From Clostridia bacterium (GTDB taxonomy: Bacteria > Bacillota > Clostridia > UBA1212 > DUPL01), in contig JBMNIW010000004.1 of NCBI GenBank assembly GCA_050951325.1, positions 64,001-128,000 of the forward strand: a stretch of DNA of 64,000 nucleotides. The letters run 5' to 3'. The notes under the pieces are model-generated. The model was given only the letters and a program-made list of their open reading frames with translations. It had not been told where the DNA came from and did not search any database. Shown in pieces: positions 49,309 through 58,339 of the stretch; within the stretch, counting starts at the first letter, position 1, and the number at the start of each line of letters is the position of its first letter. A program made the position numbers and the translations under genes.

Positions 49309-50028
49309 CTATAAATTAACTTTTTCCTCAATCATTTTGCACGACAGATTAGGGTCCACAAGTACGGGAGTACCCACTTTCAAATTCTCACCACCATACA
49401 AGTTTGCCTTAAGCAAAAACAGTATGGGACTGCTTGAAAGCTTTGAATGTACAAACCTTATCAATTTAGGTTCTAGTTTGTACTTTCTTAATGCAACCAA
49501 AGTGTCGCACAGCCTGTCCGGTCTGTTCACCATATACAAGGTGCCTTTTGGCACCAGTACCTGAGCTGCTCCTTTTACAATATCCTCAATGGTGCAAAGA
49601 ATCTCATGCCTGGCAGCAGCATTGCTTTCATTAACATTCATCAGACCAGTCCCAAGTTTTTTATACGGGGGATTTGTAACAACCACATCGAAGCTGGCTT
49701 TAGGAAAGTAGTCAAGTATGTTTTTGACATCTCCCCTTACAATGGAAATCCTGTCGTTCAAATTGTTCAAACTGACGCTTCTTGCTGCCATGTCGGCAAT
49801 ATGGTCCTGTATCTCAAGACCTGCAAATAAGCTTTCCAAGTTCTTGTATGACAAAAGTATGGGGATGATTCCTGATCCGGTTCCTATGTCAAGAACTCTT
49901 TGTTTTCCCTTCAGTTCTGCAAAAAGCGACAAAAGGATGCTGTCAGTACCAAATCTAAAACTGTCATTTTTCTGTATTATTCTTAAATTGCCAATCATCA
50001 AGTCTTCTATTCTTTCATCCGGATGCAT
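49309..50028 (-). CDS. tRNA1(Val) A37 N6-methyltransferase (YabB-like)
   Basis: FRFGTDSILL, LDIGTGSG, NPPY and ARHE motifs. Confidence 0.92.
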   Translation of the reverse strand: MHPDERIEDLMIGNLRIIQKNDSFRFGTDSILLSLFAELKGKQRVLDIGTGSGIIPILLSYKNLESLFAGLEIQDHIADMAARSVSLNNLNDRISIVRGDVKNILDYFPKASFDVVVTNPPYKKLGTGLMNVNESNAAARHEILCTIEDIVKGAAQVLVPKGTLYMVNRPDRLCDTLVALRKYKLEPKLIRFVHSKLSSSPILFLLKANLYGGENLKVGTPVLVDPNLSCKMIEEKVNL

Positions 50029-50046
50029 AAAAAAACCCCTTTAATC

Positions 50047-50080
50047 AAAAAAGCTTGCTTGAAACCAAGCAAACTTTTTT
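50047..50080 (-). terminator. Terminator after the ferredoxin gene
   Basis: TTGCTTG/CAAGCAA stem flanked by A6 and T6 tracts. Confidence 0.7.
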
Positions 50081-50107
50081 ATCCATTATTCCAAAGTCAT
50101 GTACAAA

Positions 50108-50278
50108 TTAATCCTGTGGCTTTGGAGCATCAGTAGGGCATACAGCCGCGCAGCTACCACAATCTATGCATTGCTCAGCATCTATTACGTAAATATCACC
50201 CTCTGAAATGCAATCTGTTGGACACTCTGGCACGCACGCTCCGCATGCAATGCAGTCATCTGTAATATGATATGCCAT
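50108..50278 (-). CDS. fdx: 2[4Fe-4S] ferredoxin (56 aa; absent from the ORF track)
   Basis: Manual translation MAYHITDDCIACGACVPECPTDCISEGDIYVIDAEQCIDCGSCAAVCPTDAPKPQD has two CxxCxxCxxxCP motifs; GGGGGTG RBS. Confidence 0.97.
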   Translation of the reverse strand: MAYHITDDCIACGACVPECPTDCISEGDIYVIDAEQCIDCGSCAAVCPTDAPKPQD

Positions 50279-50331
50279 AAATACACCCCCAAATAATTTA
50301 CGTACTATTTTATTTTACCACCAATTGCGTT

Positions 50332-51207
50332 TTAGTCAAGGTCTTCCTCTAAATCCTGTAAACCAAGTTTGAAATTATCCACATCGCAAACATCCGCATC
50401 CCTGATAACCTTGATTTCAGAAACCGAATATGTAGTGAGCTCGGTTTCGTTTTCCTTGTCCAGCCTTACCTGAACATTCTCCTTTAGAAGATTGGAAGAA
50501 ACAACAACTCCATTACCGTCAGGAGTTTCCACCACCGCCCCTACCCCGGGCACTACGGACAACGCTTGTTCGTAAGCATCCTGCTCGTAATTCAGGCAGC
50601 ACATGAGTCTACCGCAAGTGCCCGAAATTTTGTTTGGACTCAGGGAAAGTCCCTGCTCCTTTGCCATTCTTATGGACACCGGCTGAAACTCACCAAGGCA
50701 AGAAGTGCAGCACAAAACTCTTCCGCACACTCCAAGGCCTCCAATGGTCTTGGCTTCGTCTCTTACTCCTACCTGCCTGAGCTCAATACGGGTTTTAAAT
50801 ATTGCCGCAAGATCCTTTACAAGCTCTCTGAAATCTATTCGTCCATCTGCAGTGAAATAAAAGAGAAGCTTGTTATTGTCAAAGGTATACTCGCAGTCTA
50901 TCAGCTTCATTGCAAGCCCGTGCTCGTTAATCTTGTCAAGGCAGATGCCGTGTGCTCTTTTTGCCTTCTCAATATTCTTAAGATGTGTTTCATGGTCTTC
51001 TTCCGTAGCTACACGGACCACATCCTTCAGCGGAGGAACGATCTCCTCATCATCCACCATTCTGTGTGGAATGACCACTTCCCCATACTCAAGTTCCCTG
51101 GAAGTTTCAACAATTACATATGTCCCTTTGTCAAACTTTTGACCTTTGGGATTAAAATAATATATCTTACCATTCGGTCTGAATCTTACTCCTACTACCT
51201 CAATCAT
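50332..51207 (-). CDS. ricT: PSP1/RicT (YaaT) stage 0 sporulation family protein
   Basis: GRIDFRELVKDLA, GVCGRVLCC and SGTCGRLMCCL motifs. Start set at ATG 51207. Confidence 0.93.
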   Translation of the reverse strand: MIEVVGVRFRPNGKIYYFNPKGQKFDKGTYVIVETSRELEYGEVVIPHRMVDDEEIVPPLKDVVRVATEEDHETHLKNIEKAKRAHGICLDKINEHGLAMKLIDCEYTFDNNKLLFYFTADGRIDFRELVKDLAAIFKTRIELRQVGVRDEAKTIGGLGVCGRVLCCTSCLGEFQPVSIRMAKEQGLSLSPNKISGTCGRLMCCLNYEQDAYEQALSVVPGVGAVVETPDGNGVVVSSNLLKENVQVRLDKENETELTTYSVSEIKVIRDADVCDVDNFKLGLQDLEEDLD

Positions 51208-52192
51208 TAATGACCTCCTGTAGTTTAACCAACATAAGTTCGCAAGACAGCTTGAAGTTGACATTTCTTCCTATGCGTTTCCACGTAGCATCAACAACTT
51301 CAATGCACTCCTTGGCTTTATGGTAGCCTAGTTTGCGTGCAAGGCCGTAAAGCTCCTTATCGTAACCTGCATTTTGTATTTTCACATTCCGTGAATATCT
51401 GGACATAATCATTATGTCCCTGTATATAGACATAAAGGTATAAAATACAAAATCCCTCTTATCCTGATATCCCTCAATAACCTTCATCGCTTGCTTTCTT
51501 TCAGCGACACCGCCGCTTGTAACCTTAACAACACTATTTATGATATCCTTTCTTAACACTTCCACATCAGAATCAATAAGCGATAGAGCACGTCCGGGAA
51601 TTCCGTCCGCATAAGAATATATCATGTCGTTAGATTCCACACCGTTTCTCTTAAATATTTCTCCTATCTCTTCGTCAGTATTCCTGGAAAAATCCATTCT
51701 GCTCAATCTTGATTTAACCGTCTCCAACAAAAGGGACACATTCTGGCAAACAAGCACAAGCACTACATATTCCGGCGGTTCCTCCAATGTTTTTAAAAGA
51801 GCATTCTGCGCCTGTACAGTCATTTTCTCCGCATTATTTATCACATAAAAACTCCTCCTCCCATAAAGAGGAGCTCTTGTCATCGATTCCTGTATTTCTC
51901 GTATCGCATCTATTCCAATAGCATTTTTGCCCTCAGGCTCGGATATAATTTTGTAGTCCGGATTCGTATCGCTTCCATGCAATTTACAGCTGGTGCAAAC
52001 ACCGCATACTTCGCCTCTATTTGTTGTTTCTCCCATGCACATAACCAGCTGGGCAAACCTTTTTGCGATGCTTTTACGACCAATCCCTTCAGGACCAACA
52101 AACAGATAGGCATGTCCTATCCTGCCCGACTCTGCAATATCGAGCAAGGTCCTTTTCACTTTATCCTGCCCTGCTATATCTTCAAAAACCAT
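51200..52192 (-). CDS. holB: DNA polymerase III delta' subunit
   Basis: HAYLFVGPEGIG, CGVCTSC and AQNALLKTLEEPP motifs. Confidence 0.95.
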   Translation of the reverse strand: MVFEDIAGQDKVKRTLLDIAESGRIGHAYLFVGPEGIGRKSIAKRFAQLVMCMGETTNRGEVCGVCTSCKLHGSDTNPDYKIISEPEGKNAIGIDAIREIQESMTRAPLYGRRSFYVINNAEKMTVQAQNALLKTLEEPPEYVVLVLVCQNVSLLLETVKSRLSRMDFSRNTDEEIGEIFKRNGVESNDMIYSYADGIPGRALSLIDSDVEVLRKDIINSVVKVTSGGVAERKQAMKVIEGYQDKRDFVFYTFMSIYRDIMIMSRYSRNVKIQNAGYDKELYGLARKLGYHKAKECIEVVDATWKRIGRNVNFKLSCELMLVKLQEVIND

Positions 52193-52217
52193 GATATATC
52201 TTTAAATAATGCCTCCA

Positions 52218-52553
52218 TTAATACTTCTGAAATCTTTCAACATCAAGTACAAATACTGTCGCTCCGCCTACAGTTACTTCTACCGGGTATGACATGTATA
52301 CCCCTCCTCCAATGGCGGAACTATTGGTGACTGAAGAATCTATAATCTGTTTTCGACTTCTTGATTTTGACTCAATTATCTGCAGCACCTGATCCACGCG
52401 GGACTCGTCAACACCAACCAGCAGTGTGGTATTTCCTGACTTCAAGAATCCACCTGATGAACACATTTTGGTTACCATAAAACCATTTTTATTTAGTTCA
52501 TCCATTACTCTTGGTGCATCGTCATCGTGCACAATCGCCAATACCAGTTTCAT
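52218..52553 (-). CDS. darA: Cyclic di-AMP receptor (PII-like DarA/PstA)
   Basis: SSGGFLKSGNTTLLVG and VGGATVFV motifs. Confidence 0.93.
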   Translation of the reverse strand: MKLVLAIVHDDDAPRVMDELNKNGFMVTKMCSSGGFLKSGNTTLLVGVDESRVDQVLQIIESKSRSRKQIIDSSVTNSSAIGGGVYMSYPVEVTVGGATVFVLDVERFQKY

Positions 52554-52582
52554 AAGCTTGCCCTCCTAACATTGGATTAGCT

Positions 52583-53983
52583 CTATTTTATCACATTTAT
52601 CCTTTCAATACAATAACTCCGACATATATCGGCATGGGCATCGTTTATTCTGTCATATGGGAAAATTACCGGTATTCCGGGAGGATATGGTATAACAAAC
52701 TGACTGCTTATCCTGCCGACGGCTTCCTTAACATCAACAGTCTCATACTCAAGATTCATGTATGTTTCAAAGTTGGGAAGATTTATCTCCCTAATCTCGC
52801 CCTTGTACACCCTTATACTCTTCTCTTCAACCTCTACCTTTGACAGTTCGTCATAGACTGACACAAGAGTATCAAAAAGCCTTTCAATAACATCTTTATC
52901 ATCTGCGCATGTCAATATGAAAACAACGCAGTTGTCATTGTACATCTCGCAATATACTCCCCTGTCAGCCAGCATTCTTGCAAAATGGACGCCCTTCCCT
53001 TTTACACATACAACAAGCCTTGTAATGTCCTTTTCAAAGCCACAGCCGTCAAATATTATGTAATCCTCATACTTCTCAAGACGTGAAACAAAGTCATTGA
53101 GGCTGTCTGCAAGCTCATCAAGTCTCTCTCTGCCCATATTTTTCATATACTCTCTTGTGAAATCCAGCGTGGCCAGTATTAAAAAGCTCGGGCTTGTCGT
53201 TTCTATAACCTTTAACGCCCTGAAAACCTTATCCTTGTACTTGTTGTCTGCAATATGCAAGAACGCACCCTGATTCAATGACTGCAACGTTTTATGGGCA
53301 CTCTGCACACACATGTCGCACCCCTGGCTCAGTGCACTTTCAGGAATTTTCTTGTTAAAACCAAAATGACCACCGTGGGCTTCATCCACAAGAACCACGC
53401 CTTTATTCTCATGTATGATTTCTGATATGGCTGCCAGGTCTGCACAGACTCCGTAATAGTTGGGTCTTGTCATAACAATCCCCTTTGAATCAGGAAACAT
53501 TTCATACGCTTTTCTTACATCCTCCGGTGTAATTGCCAGTGGAATCAATGTATCCTCATCCACTTTAACAGGCACAACAACCACATTGCAGCCAGTTACC
53601 ATTAAAGCATTGAATACGGACATATGACAGTCAGAAGATACAAAAACCGTATCCCCCCTTCTGAAGGATGAATAAATCATCGCATGAACACCGCAGGTGG
53701 AACCATTCACCAAAAAGAAGGAAGATGCAGCACCATAGGTTGACGCTGTAAGTTCCATCGCCTTTAATATTGCACCTTTGGGGTCATGCAGACTGTCAAC
53801 TCCTAATGTTTCAGTTACATCATGTTTTGCAACTTCCGCAAGATTTCTTAAAAAGGACGAGTATTCCTCTGTCAGGAAAGGATGGGAATAAGAAAAAAGC
53901 ATGCCCGCTTTATGACCGGGCATGTGCATTGATATTTTCTCCTTTTTCGCATGTTGAACAAGCATGTCAACTATTGGCATCAT
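52583..53983 (-). CDS. Orn/Lys/Arg decarboxylase (YaaO-like, PLP-dependent)
   Basis: HMPGHK, VNGSTCG, VDEAHG, QSAHKTL and PYPPGIP motifs. Confidence 0.92.
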   Translation of the reverse strand: MMPIVDMLVQHAKKEKISMHMPGHKAGMLFSYSHPFLTEEYSSFLRNLAEVAKHDVTETLGVDSLHDPKGAILKAMELTASTYGAASSFFLVNGSTCGVHAMIYSSFRRGDTVFVSSDCHMSVFNALMVTGCNVVVVPVKVDEDTLIPLAITPEDVRKAYEMFPDSKGIVMTRPNYYGVCADLAAISEIIHENKGVVLVDEAHGGHFGFNKKIPESALSQGCDMCVQSAHKTLQSLNQGAFLHIADNKYKDKVFRALKVIETTSPSFLILATLDFTREYMKNMGRERLDELADSLNDFVSRLEKYEDYIIFDGCGFEKDITRLVVCVKGKGVHFARMLADRGVYCEMYNDNCVVFILTCADDKDVIERLFDTLVSVYDELSKVEVEEKSIRVYKGEIREINLPNFETYMNLEYETVDVKEAVGRISSQFVIPYPPGIPVIFPYDRINDAHADICRSYCIERINVIK

Positions 53984-55140
53984 ATTCTTGCTACACCTGT
54001 ATCTCTTGCAGCCTGTGCTACAGCTTCCGCAACAACCCTTGCCACATCCTTGTTGAAAGGATCGGGTATTACATAATCGGGATTAAGCTCGTTTTCGTGA
54101 ATCAGATCCGCCAAAGCCTTTGCTGCTGCAATTTTCATTTCATCATTTATATCGCTGGCCCTTACATCAAGCGCACCTCTGAAAATGCCCGGGAATGCAA
54201 GGACATTGTTAATCTGATTAGGAAAATCGCTTCTGCCGGTGCCAACCACACGGGCTCCTGCATTCTTTGCATCATCAGGCAAAATCTCAGGAATGGGATT
54301 TGCAAGAGCAAATATCACAGGTTCCTCTGCCATGGACTGAACCATCTCAGGAGTAACCATGTTCGGACCCGACACACCTATAAATACATCTGCGCCCTTG
54401 ATTACTTCTGCAAGAGTTCCTTTTTTCATTTGAGTGTTGGTAATGTCAGCCATCATGACCTTTTCACTGTTCAAATCTTCCCTGCCTTTGTAGATGGCGC
54501 CCTTTCTGTCACACAGGACAACATTTTTAAGCCCCATGGACATGAGAAGCTTTGTAATGGCTATACCGGCAGCTCCACTGCCATTCACAACCACTTCGAC
54601 ATCCTCCAGCTTCTTGTTGACGATTTTAAGGCCATTCAACATGGCAGCAAGAACAACAACAGCCGTTCCATGCTGGTCGTCATGGAATATGGGGATATCG
54701 CATACTTCCTTCAACCTTCTCTCTATTTCAAAACATCTTGGTGCTGAAATGTCTTCCAGATTCACGCCGCCAAAACTGCCGGACAAAAGACTGATAGTCT
54801 TGACTATCTCATCCACATCTTTTGAGCGAATACAAAGAGGAATTGCATCCACATCTCCAAATTCCTTGAAAAGAACGCATTTTCCTTCCATAACTGGCAT
54901 TCCTGCTTCAGGACCAATGTCGCCAAGGCCGAGTACGGCAGTACCGTCCGTTACAACACATACAGTGTTCCATCTTCTTGTGTAAATATAGGATTTGTCA
55001 ACATCCTTGCTTATTTCCTTGCAGGGCTCTGCAACTCCTGGTGTATAGGCCACAGCAAGCTCGTCTCTGTTACTTACCTGCGCCCTTACCTTTACCTCTA
55101 TTTTACCTTGCCATTCTTCATGCTTTTTTAGTGCGTCCAT
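53980..55140 (-). CDS. NAD(P)-dependent malic enzyme
   Basis: YTPGVAEPC, GTAVLGLGDIG, FHDDQHGTA and PNQINNVLAFPG motifs. Confidence 0.97.
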   Translation of the reverse strand: MDALKKHEEWQGKIEVKVRAQVSNRDELAVAYTPGVAEPCKEISKDVDKSYIYTRRWNTVCVVTDGTAVLGLGDIGPEAGMPVMEGKCVLFKEFGDVDAIPLCIRSKDVDEIVKTISLLSGSFGGVNLEDISAPRCFEIERRLKEVCDIPIFHDDQHGTAVVVLAAMLNGLKIVNKKLEDVEVVVNGSGAAGIAITKLLMSMGLKNVVLCDRKGAIYKGREDLNSEKVMMADITNTQMKKGTLAEVIKGADVFIGVSGPNMVTPEMVQSMAEEPVIFALANPIPEILPDDAKNAGARVVGTGRSDFPNQINNVLAFPGIFRGALDVRASDINDEMKIAAAKALADLIHENELNPDYVIPDPFNKDVARVVAEAVAQAARDTGVARI

Positions 55141-55156
55141 AAATACCCTCCATAAA

Positions 55157-55447
55157 TTATAGTCCTAGCTTTAAAGCCATTATTTCTTTAATTTCCAAAT
55201 CTATTTCCTTTTCTATTCTTGCTATATCTTTTGCAATATCTTCTATGGTTTCCTCAACCTTGATTTTTTTGAAATCTTTCGTGTGGGTCCGGGTTTGCTT
55301 GCCGGACTTTGCGTAGTTTTCATTTCTCCTTGCTCCAGAGACATTCTTCCTATTTTCGTTTATGCCCTGCTCGGTATCCTTATCCATTCTTCTTCTATGA
55401 TTGGGAGCTCTTCGATTGTTCTTACCCCTGTTAATATTCTCCGACAT
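55157..55447 (-). CDS. Hypothetical protein (disordered basic N-terminus, C-terminal coiled coil)
   Basis: GGAGG RBS; overlaps the upstream gene; EETIEDIAKDIARIEKEIDLEIKEI helix. Confidence 0.75.
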   Translation of the reverse strand: MSENINRGKNNRRAPNHRRRMDKDTEQGINENRKNVSGARRNENYAKSGKQTRTHTKDFKKIKVEETIEDIAKDIARIEKEIDLEIKEIMALKLGL

Positions 55448-56039
55448 CCAACTGCCTCCATTTCCTTATGGTAATAATCTCATTGTCATCATTGTTGATA
55501 TATACATTAAATCTATTACACTCTTCTTTAATGTATTTTCCCTCTTCCACCAGCACGTCATAATATCTTTCAAGTGCCAAATCATCAAAAAACGAAAACT
55601 CTTCCCTTACTTTATACAACACCCTGTTCAAATACAAATTTTCAGAACAATCGTACAAAATGGGTTCGTCCCGCCTCCTGTCAAAATCCTCAATCTGATG
55701 TGGTAGCAAGGTGCATTGTATCAGGCATTCGGGTTTTCTGTAAGTACCGAGCCTGTACTCACGGATGGGAACAAGACTTGATTCATAAAGAGACATATTC
55801 TCCTCATCATACAGCGCTCCTTCCGCTATGTAGGAAGCATCATCAGGCGCTTTTATTTTCACGGCCTTGTAGGTATCATCATAAAACTTTGTGCTGTCGG
55901 CAGGATGCAGATACGTGAGAAGAAATCTTTTTTTGAATTCATTTACCGTTATCTCCCTCTCGAAATACTGGTTCAGTTTTATGCCGCAATCCATTACTTC
56001 CTCAGCGCTGTCAATTTTTGTAAAATAAAACACCTTCAA
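55431..56039 (-). CDS. Hypothetical protein
   Basis: TTG start behind GGAGGAG; has its own promoter. Confidence 0.8.
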   Translation of the reverse strand: MKVFYFTKIDSAEEVMDCGIKLNQYFEREITVNEFKKRFLLTYLHPADSTKFYDDTYKAVKIKAPDDASYIAEGALYDEENMSLYESSLVPIREYRLGTYRKPECLIQCTLLPHQIEDFDRRRDEPILYDCSENLYLNRVLYKVREEFSFFDDLALERYYDVLVEEGKYIKEECNRFNVYINNDDNEIITIRKWRQLDVGEY

Positions 56040-56073
56040 TGTATGACTCCTCCCATGCCGATCTCAATTAGAG

Positions 56074-56102
56074 ATTATAGCAAAAACAAGGAGTTATTGC
56101 AA
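56074..56102 (-). promoter_or_regulatory. SigA promoter marking the end of the Tad-like operon and the start of the next unit
   Basis: TTGCAA-17-TATAAT with TG extension. Confidence 0.8.
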
Positions 56103-56110
56103 ATAAAACG

Positions 56111-56602
56111 TCAAATATTAATGCTGAAACCCGATACACTTAAAAAACTTTCTTGTTCAGATACCAGAAATACGTAAATGCCATCACCCAGCTCATTAAA
56201 AAAAGAATCCTCCACCCCATTATATGCAATTTCTATCCTCGCTGCCTTATCGATCAGCATATTCAAGACCCGGTTTACACAAACTGACCTTTCATCATCT
56301 TCAACATAAACAGTTTCTGATTCGCTTTCCGTCATGCCTGCAACAACGTCCTCGTAAACAAATATCATAACCTTGACATTTTGAGATGTAGGAAGAGCCT
56401 TCACACTTTCAAAGCATTTATCTCTGTCAAGCACCAGATTTCCGTCATCAAAGGAAATACAGTTAACAATCTCTCTGCCTAATAGATTCAAATTCCTTTT
56501 TTCGTCCCGCTTTAAAAATCCTTCATTAATAGTATTAATGCCCGTTAATGCAATCATCAAAAACATCCAGATTGCAACAACCCATGCAACCAGCTGATGC
56601 AT
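56111..56602 (-). CDS. Pilin/pseudopilin-like protein 5
   Basis: N-terminal hydrophobic helix and small soluble domain; last gene of the Tad-like operon. Confidence 0.55.
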   Translation of the reverse strand: MHQLVAWVVAIWMFLMIALTGINTINEGFLKRDEKRNLNLLGREIVNCISFDDGNLVLDRDKCFESVKALPTSQNVKVMIFVYEDVVAGMTESESETVYVEDDERSVCVNRVLNMLIDKAARIEIAYNGVEDSFFNELGDGIYVFLVSEQESFLSVSGFSINI

Positions 56603-56610
56603 ATTACCAC

Positions 56611-57021
56611 CTACGCAATTATCGAAACCTTAACACCTGCAGGTCTTAAGACCACTCCGGTAACCTTTTCGAAAATGGAAGGCTCCAGGCTGTACGCCAC
56701 AATCGTAAGCCTGTCGCCTGGATCAAGCTTTCTATTCAATATGTCTTCAATTTTGTAATATGTATCTGTCTGACCGGCCATAACACAGACCTCCAGCTTC
56801 ATTTCAACACAAAAGTCTCCCATTTTTGACAGGTCTTCGTTCAGATACGCCCAAACCTCGTCCGACAACATTCCTTTTGTGCTGACAGTTTCAGCCACAT
56901 CAAACAAAAGATCGTTGGTTCTTTCATTGACACCCGCATATATGCAAAATGATACGCCCGACAATATCAAATACACAAATACGAATATCGAAAGAAAGTT
57001 AGCAATAACCTTGCCGGCCAT
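56611..57021 (-). CDS. Pilin/pseudopilin-like protein 4 (TadE-like)
   Basis: MAGKVIA plus TM, amphipathic helix, KGML and LDPGDRLTI motifs. Confidence 0.6.
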   Translation of the reverse strand: MAGKVIANFLSIFVFVYLILSGVSFCIYAGVNERTNDLLFDVAETVSTKGMLSDEVWAYLNEDLSKMGDFCVEMKLEVCVMAGQTDTYYKIEDILNRKLDPGDRLTIVAYSLEPSIFEKVTGVVLRPAGVKVSIIA

Positions 57022-57046
57022 CCAGACACCTCCCTAAAAAAATCGC

Positions 57047-57409
57047 CTACGCAGTTGCCTGTGATTCAATCACAAACAGTATTTCCTTCAACGAACCGTC
57101 TTCCTTGTAGGTTTTGGTCATCCTGTACAGAGCGGTATCACTGACCTTATCAATGTCATCCATTGTCGCTTCCTGCTGGCTATCATCAAGATACACCTTT
57201 ATGCCAAGCAATGCGGCATTCTTGATATAATATTTTACAGTATTCTTTGACACCAGCGAGCTGTCATTAATCATCATGTTTAGCCTTGTCTGATCCGCAC
57301 TCACAATGTCGGATGTGTCCCTAAAACCACTCATCTGTCCAATAACTGCATAACTTATCAAACCCAAAGTTAGAACAATAATAACTATGGAAGCAATTAC
57401 CTTCTCCAT
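57047..57409 (-). CDS. Pilin-like protein 3
   Basis: MEKVIA plus TM; paralogue of its neighbours. Start set at ATG 57409. Confidence 0.6.
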   Translation of the reverse strand: MEKVIASIVIIVLTLGLISYAVIGQMSGFRDTSDIVSADQTRLNMMINDSSLVSKNTVKYYIKNAALLGIKVYLDDSQQEATMDDIDKVSDTALYRMTKTYKEDGSLKEILFVIESQATA

Positions 57410-57422
57410 CAATATTCCCCTT

Positions 57423-57833
57423 TCAATTTGATTGATCAATCATGGTTACCTGGACACGAATCACTTTTCCATCATGTCCGGTTTGCTTGTTCAACTTGAA
57501 CATTGCTCTTGAAGACAGCGACTCCATGTCTTTTGCTATCACTTGCTTGAATTCATTGTTTATCACCGAGTCTGTGTTCGGTACTACAAAACACTTGATA
57601 TTATTTGATTCATACACAAATTCATATTCAAGCTTGTCCATATTATCAAAATATCTTTGAACTTCCTCTTTACCGATTATGCTCCCATCTTTTACTCTTA
57701 AATTTAGTGCAGATGCGTCACTGCCTATGTGGTCTGAAATGTCCTTGTACTGACTGTTGACCTGGAACAAGCCATATCCAATCAGGCCAACAGTAACAAC
57801 CAGTAAAACACATAAAGCAATTACCTTTTCCAA
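57423..57833 (-). CDS. Pilin-like protein 2
   Basis: TTG start, MEKVIA plus TM; paralogue of its neighbours. Confidence 0.6.
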   Translation of the reverse strand: MEKVIALCVLLVVTVGLIGYGLFQVNSQYKDISDHIGSDASALNLRVKDGSIIGKEEVQRYFDNMDKLEYEFVYESNNIKCFVVPNTDSVINNEFKQVIAKDMESLSSRAMFKLNKQTGHDGKVIRVQVTMIDQSN

Positions 57834-57861
57834 TTAGTACATCCCCCCGTATGTTTTTATC

Positions 57862-57937
57862 AGGTTTGGGATATACTTGCCAAGGACAAAGCTTCCCCCC
57901 AACAACTTCGCCTTCAGGCAAGCATCTCCAACAACCT
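57862..57937 (-). other. Long intergenic RNA stem-loop
   Basis: AGGUU-G-UUGGAGAUGCUUGCC..AAGGCGAAG pairs with CUUUGUCCUU-GGCAAGUAUAUCCCAAACCU; no U-tract follows. Confidence 0.6.
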
Positions 57938-57939
57938 TT

Positions 57940-58335
57940 TCATTTCATGGATGTAAACTCAATTTCGACAATGCCGGCACTTTCATCAGAGCGCATTATC
58001 CTTACTTCAAACACACCCTGCGGGTCTATTGGATAAGTATCAGGATCGTATGCCTCCCCCTCATAAACACAAGATCCGTTTATCATATCCCAAACCCTTA
58101 TAACCGCACCTCCTTTTAATTCATAATACCGGATTGCCGCTATTACATCCGTGCCCAGACATTTTGAGCCATCCCGTAGATTGGGCAGCATCACCTCCTT
58201 TATCTTTTCACTGTAATCGGCCTTTTCAGCCATGGTATTCAGAAGGGCGCTGTTCTGCTGGTATAAAGGTATGATAAATATTAATAAAGACAAAACCAGC
58301 GCACCTATTACCACCTCTGCCACAACCTTGTCCAT
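57940..58335 (-). CDS. Pilin-like protein 1
   Basis: MDKVVA plus TM; GTDVIAAIRYY and a C-terminal beta hairpin are shared with its paralogues. Confidence 0.6.
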   Translation of the reverse strand: MDKVVAEVVIGALVLSLLIFIIPLYQQNSALLNTMAEKADYSEKIKEVMLPNLRDGSKCLGTDVIAAIRYYELKGGAVIRVWDMINGSCVYEGEAYDPDTYPIDPQGVFEVRIMRSDESAGIVEIEFTSMK

Positions 58336-58339
58336 AACA

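Noticed and set aside
50108-50278. Unannotated small gene in an apparent gap
   Set aside because: Real, but an ordinary clostridial ferredoxin below the ORF-track cutoff; listed as a feature only.
53770-54985. Long plus-strand ORFs (325 aa and 163 aa) opposite the malic enzyme gene
   Set aside because: Antisense shadows of a conserved gene, with no RBS or recognisable motifs.
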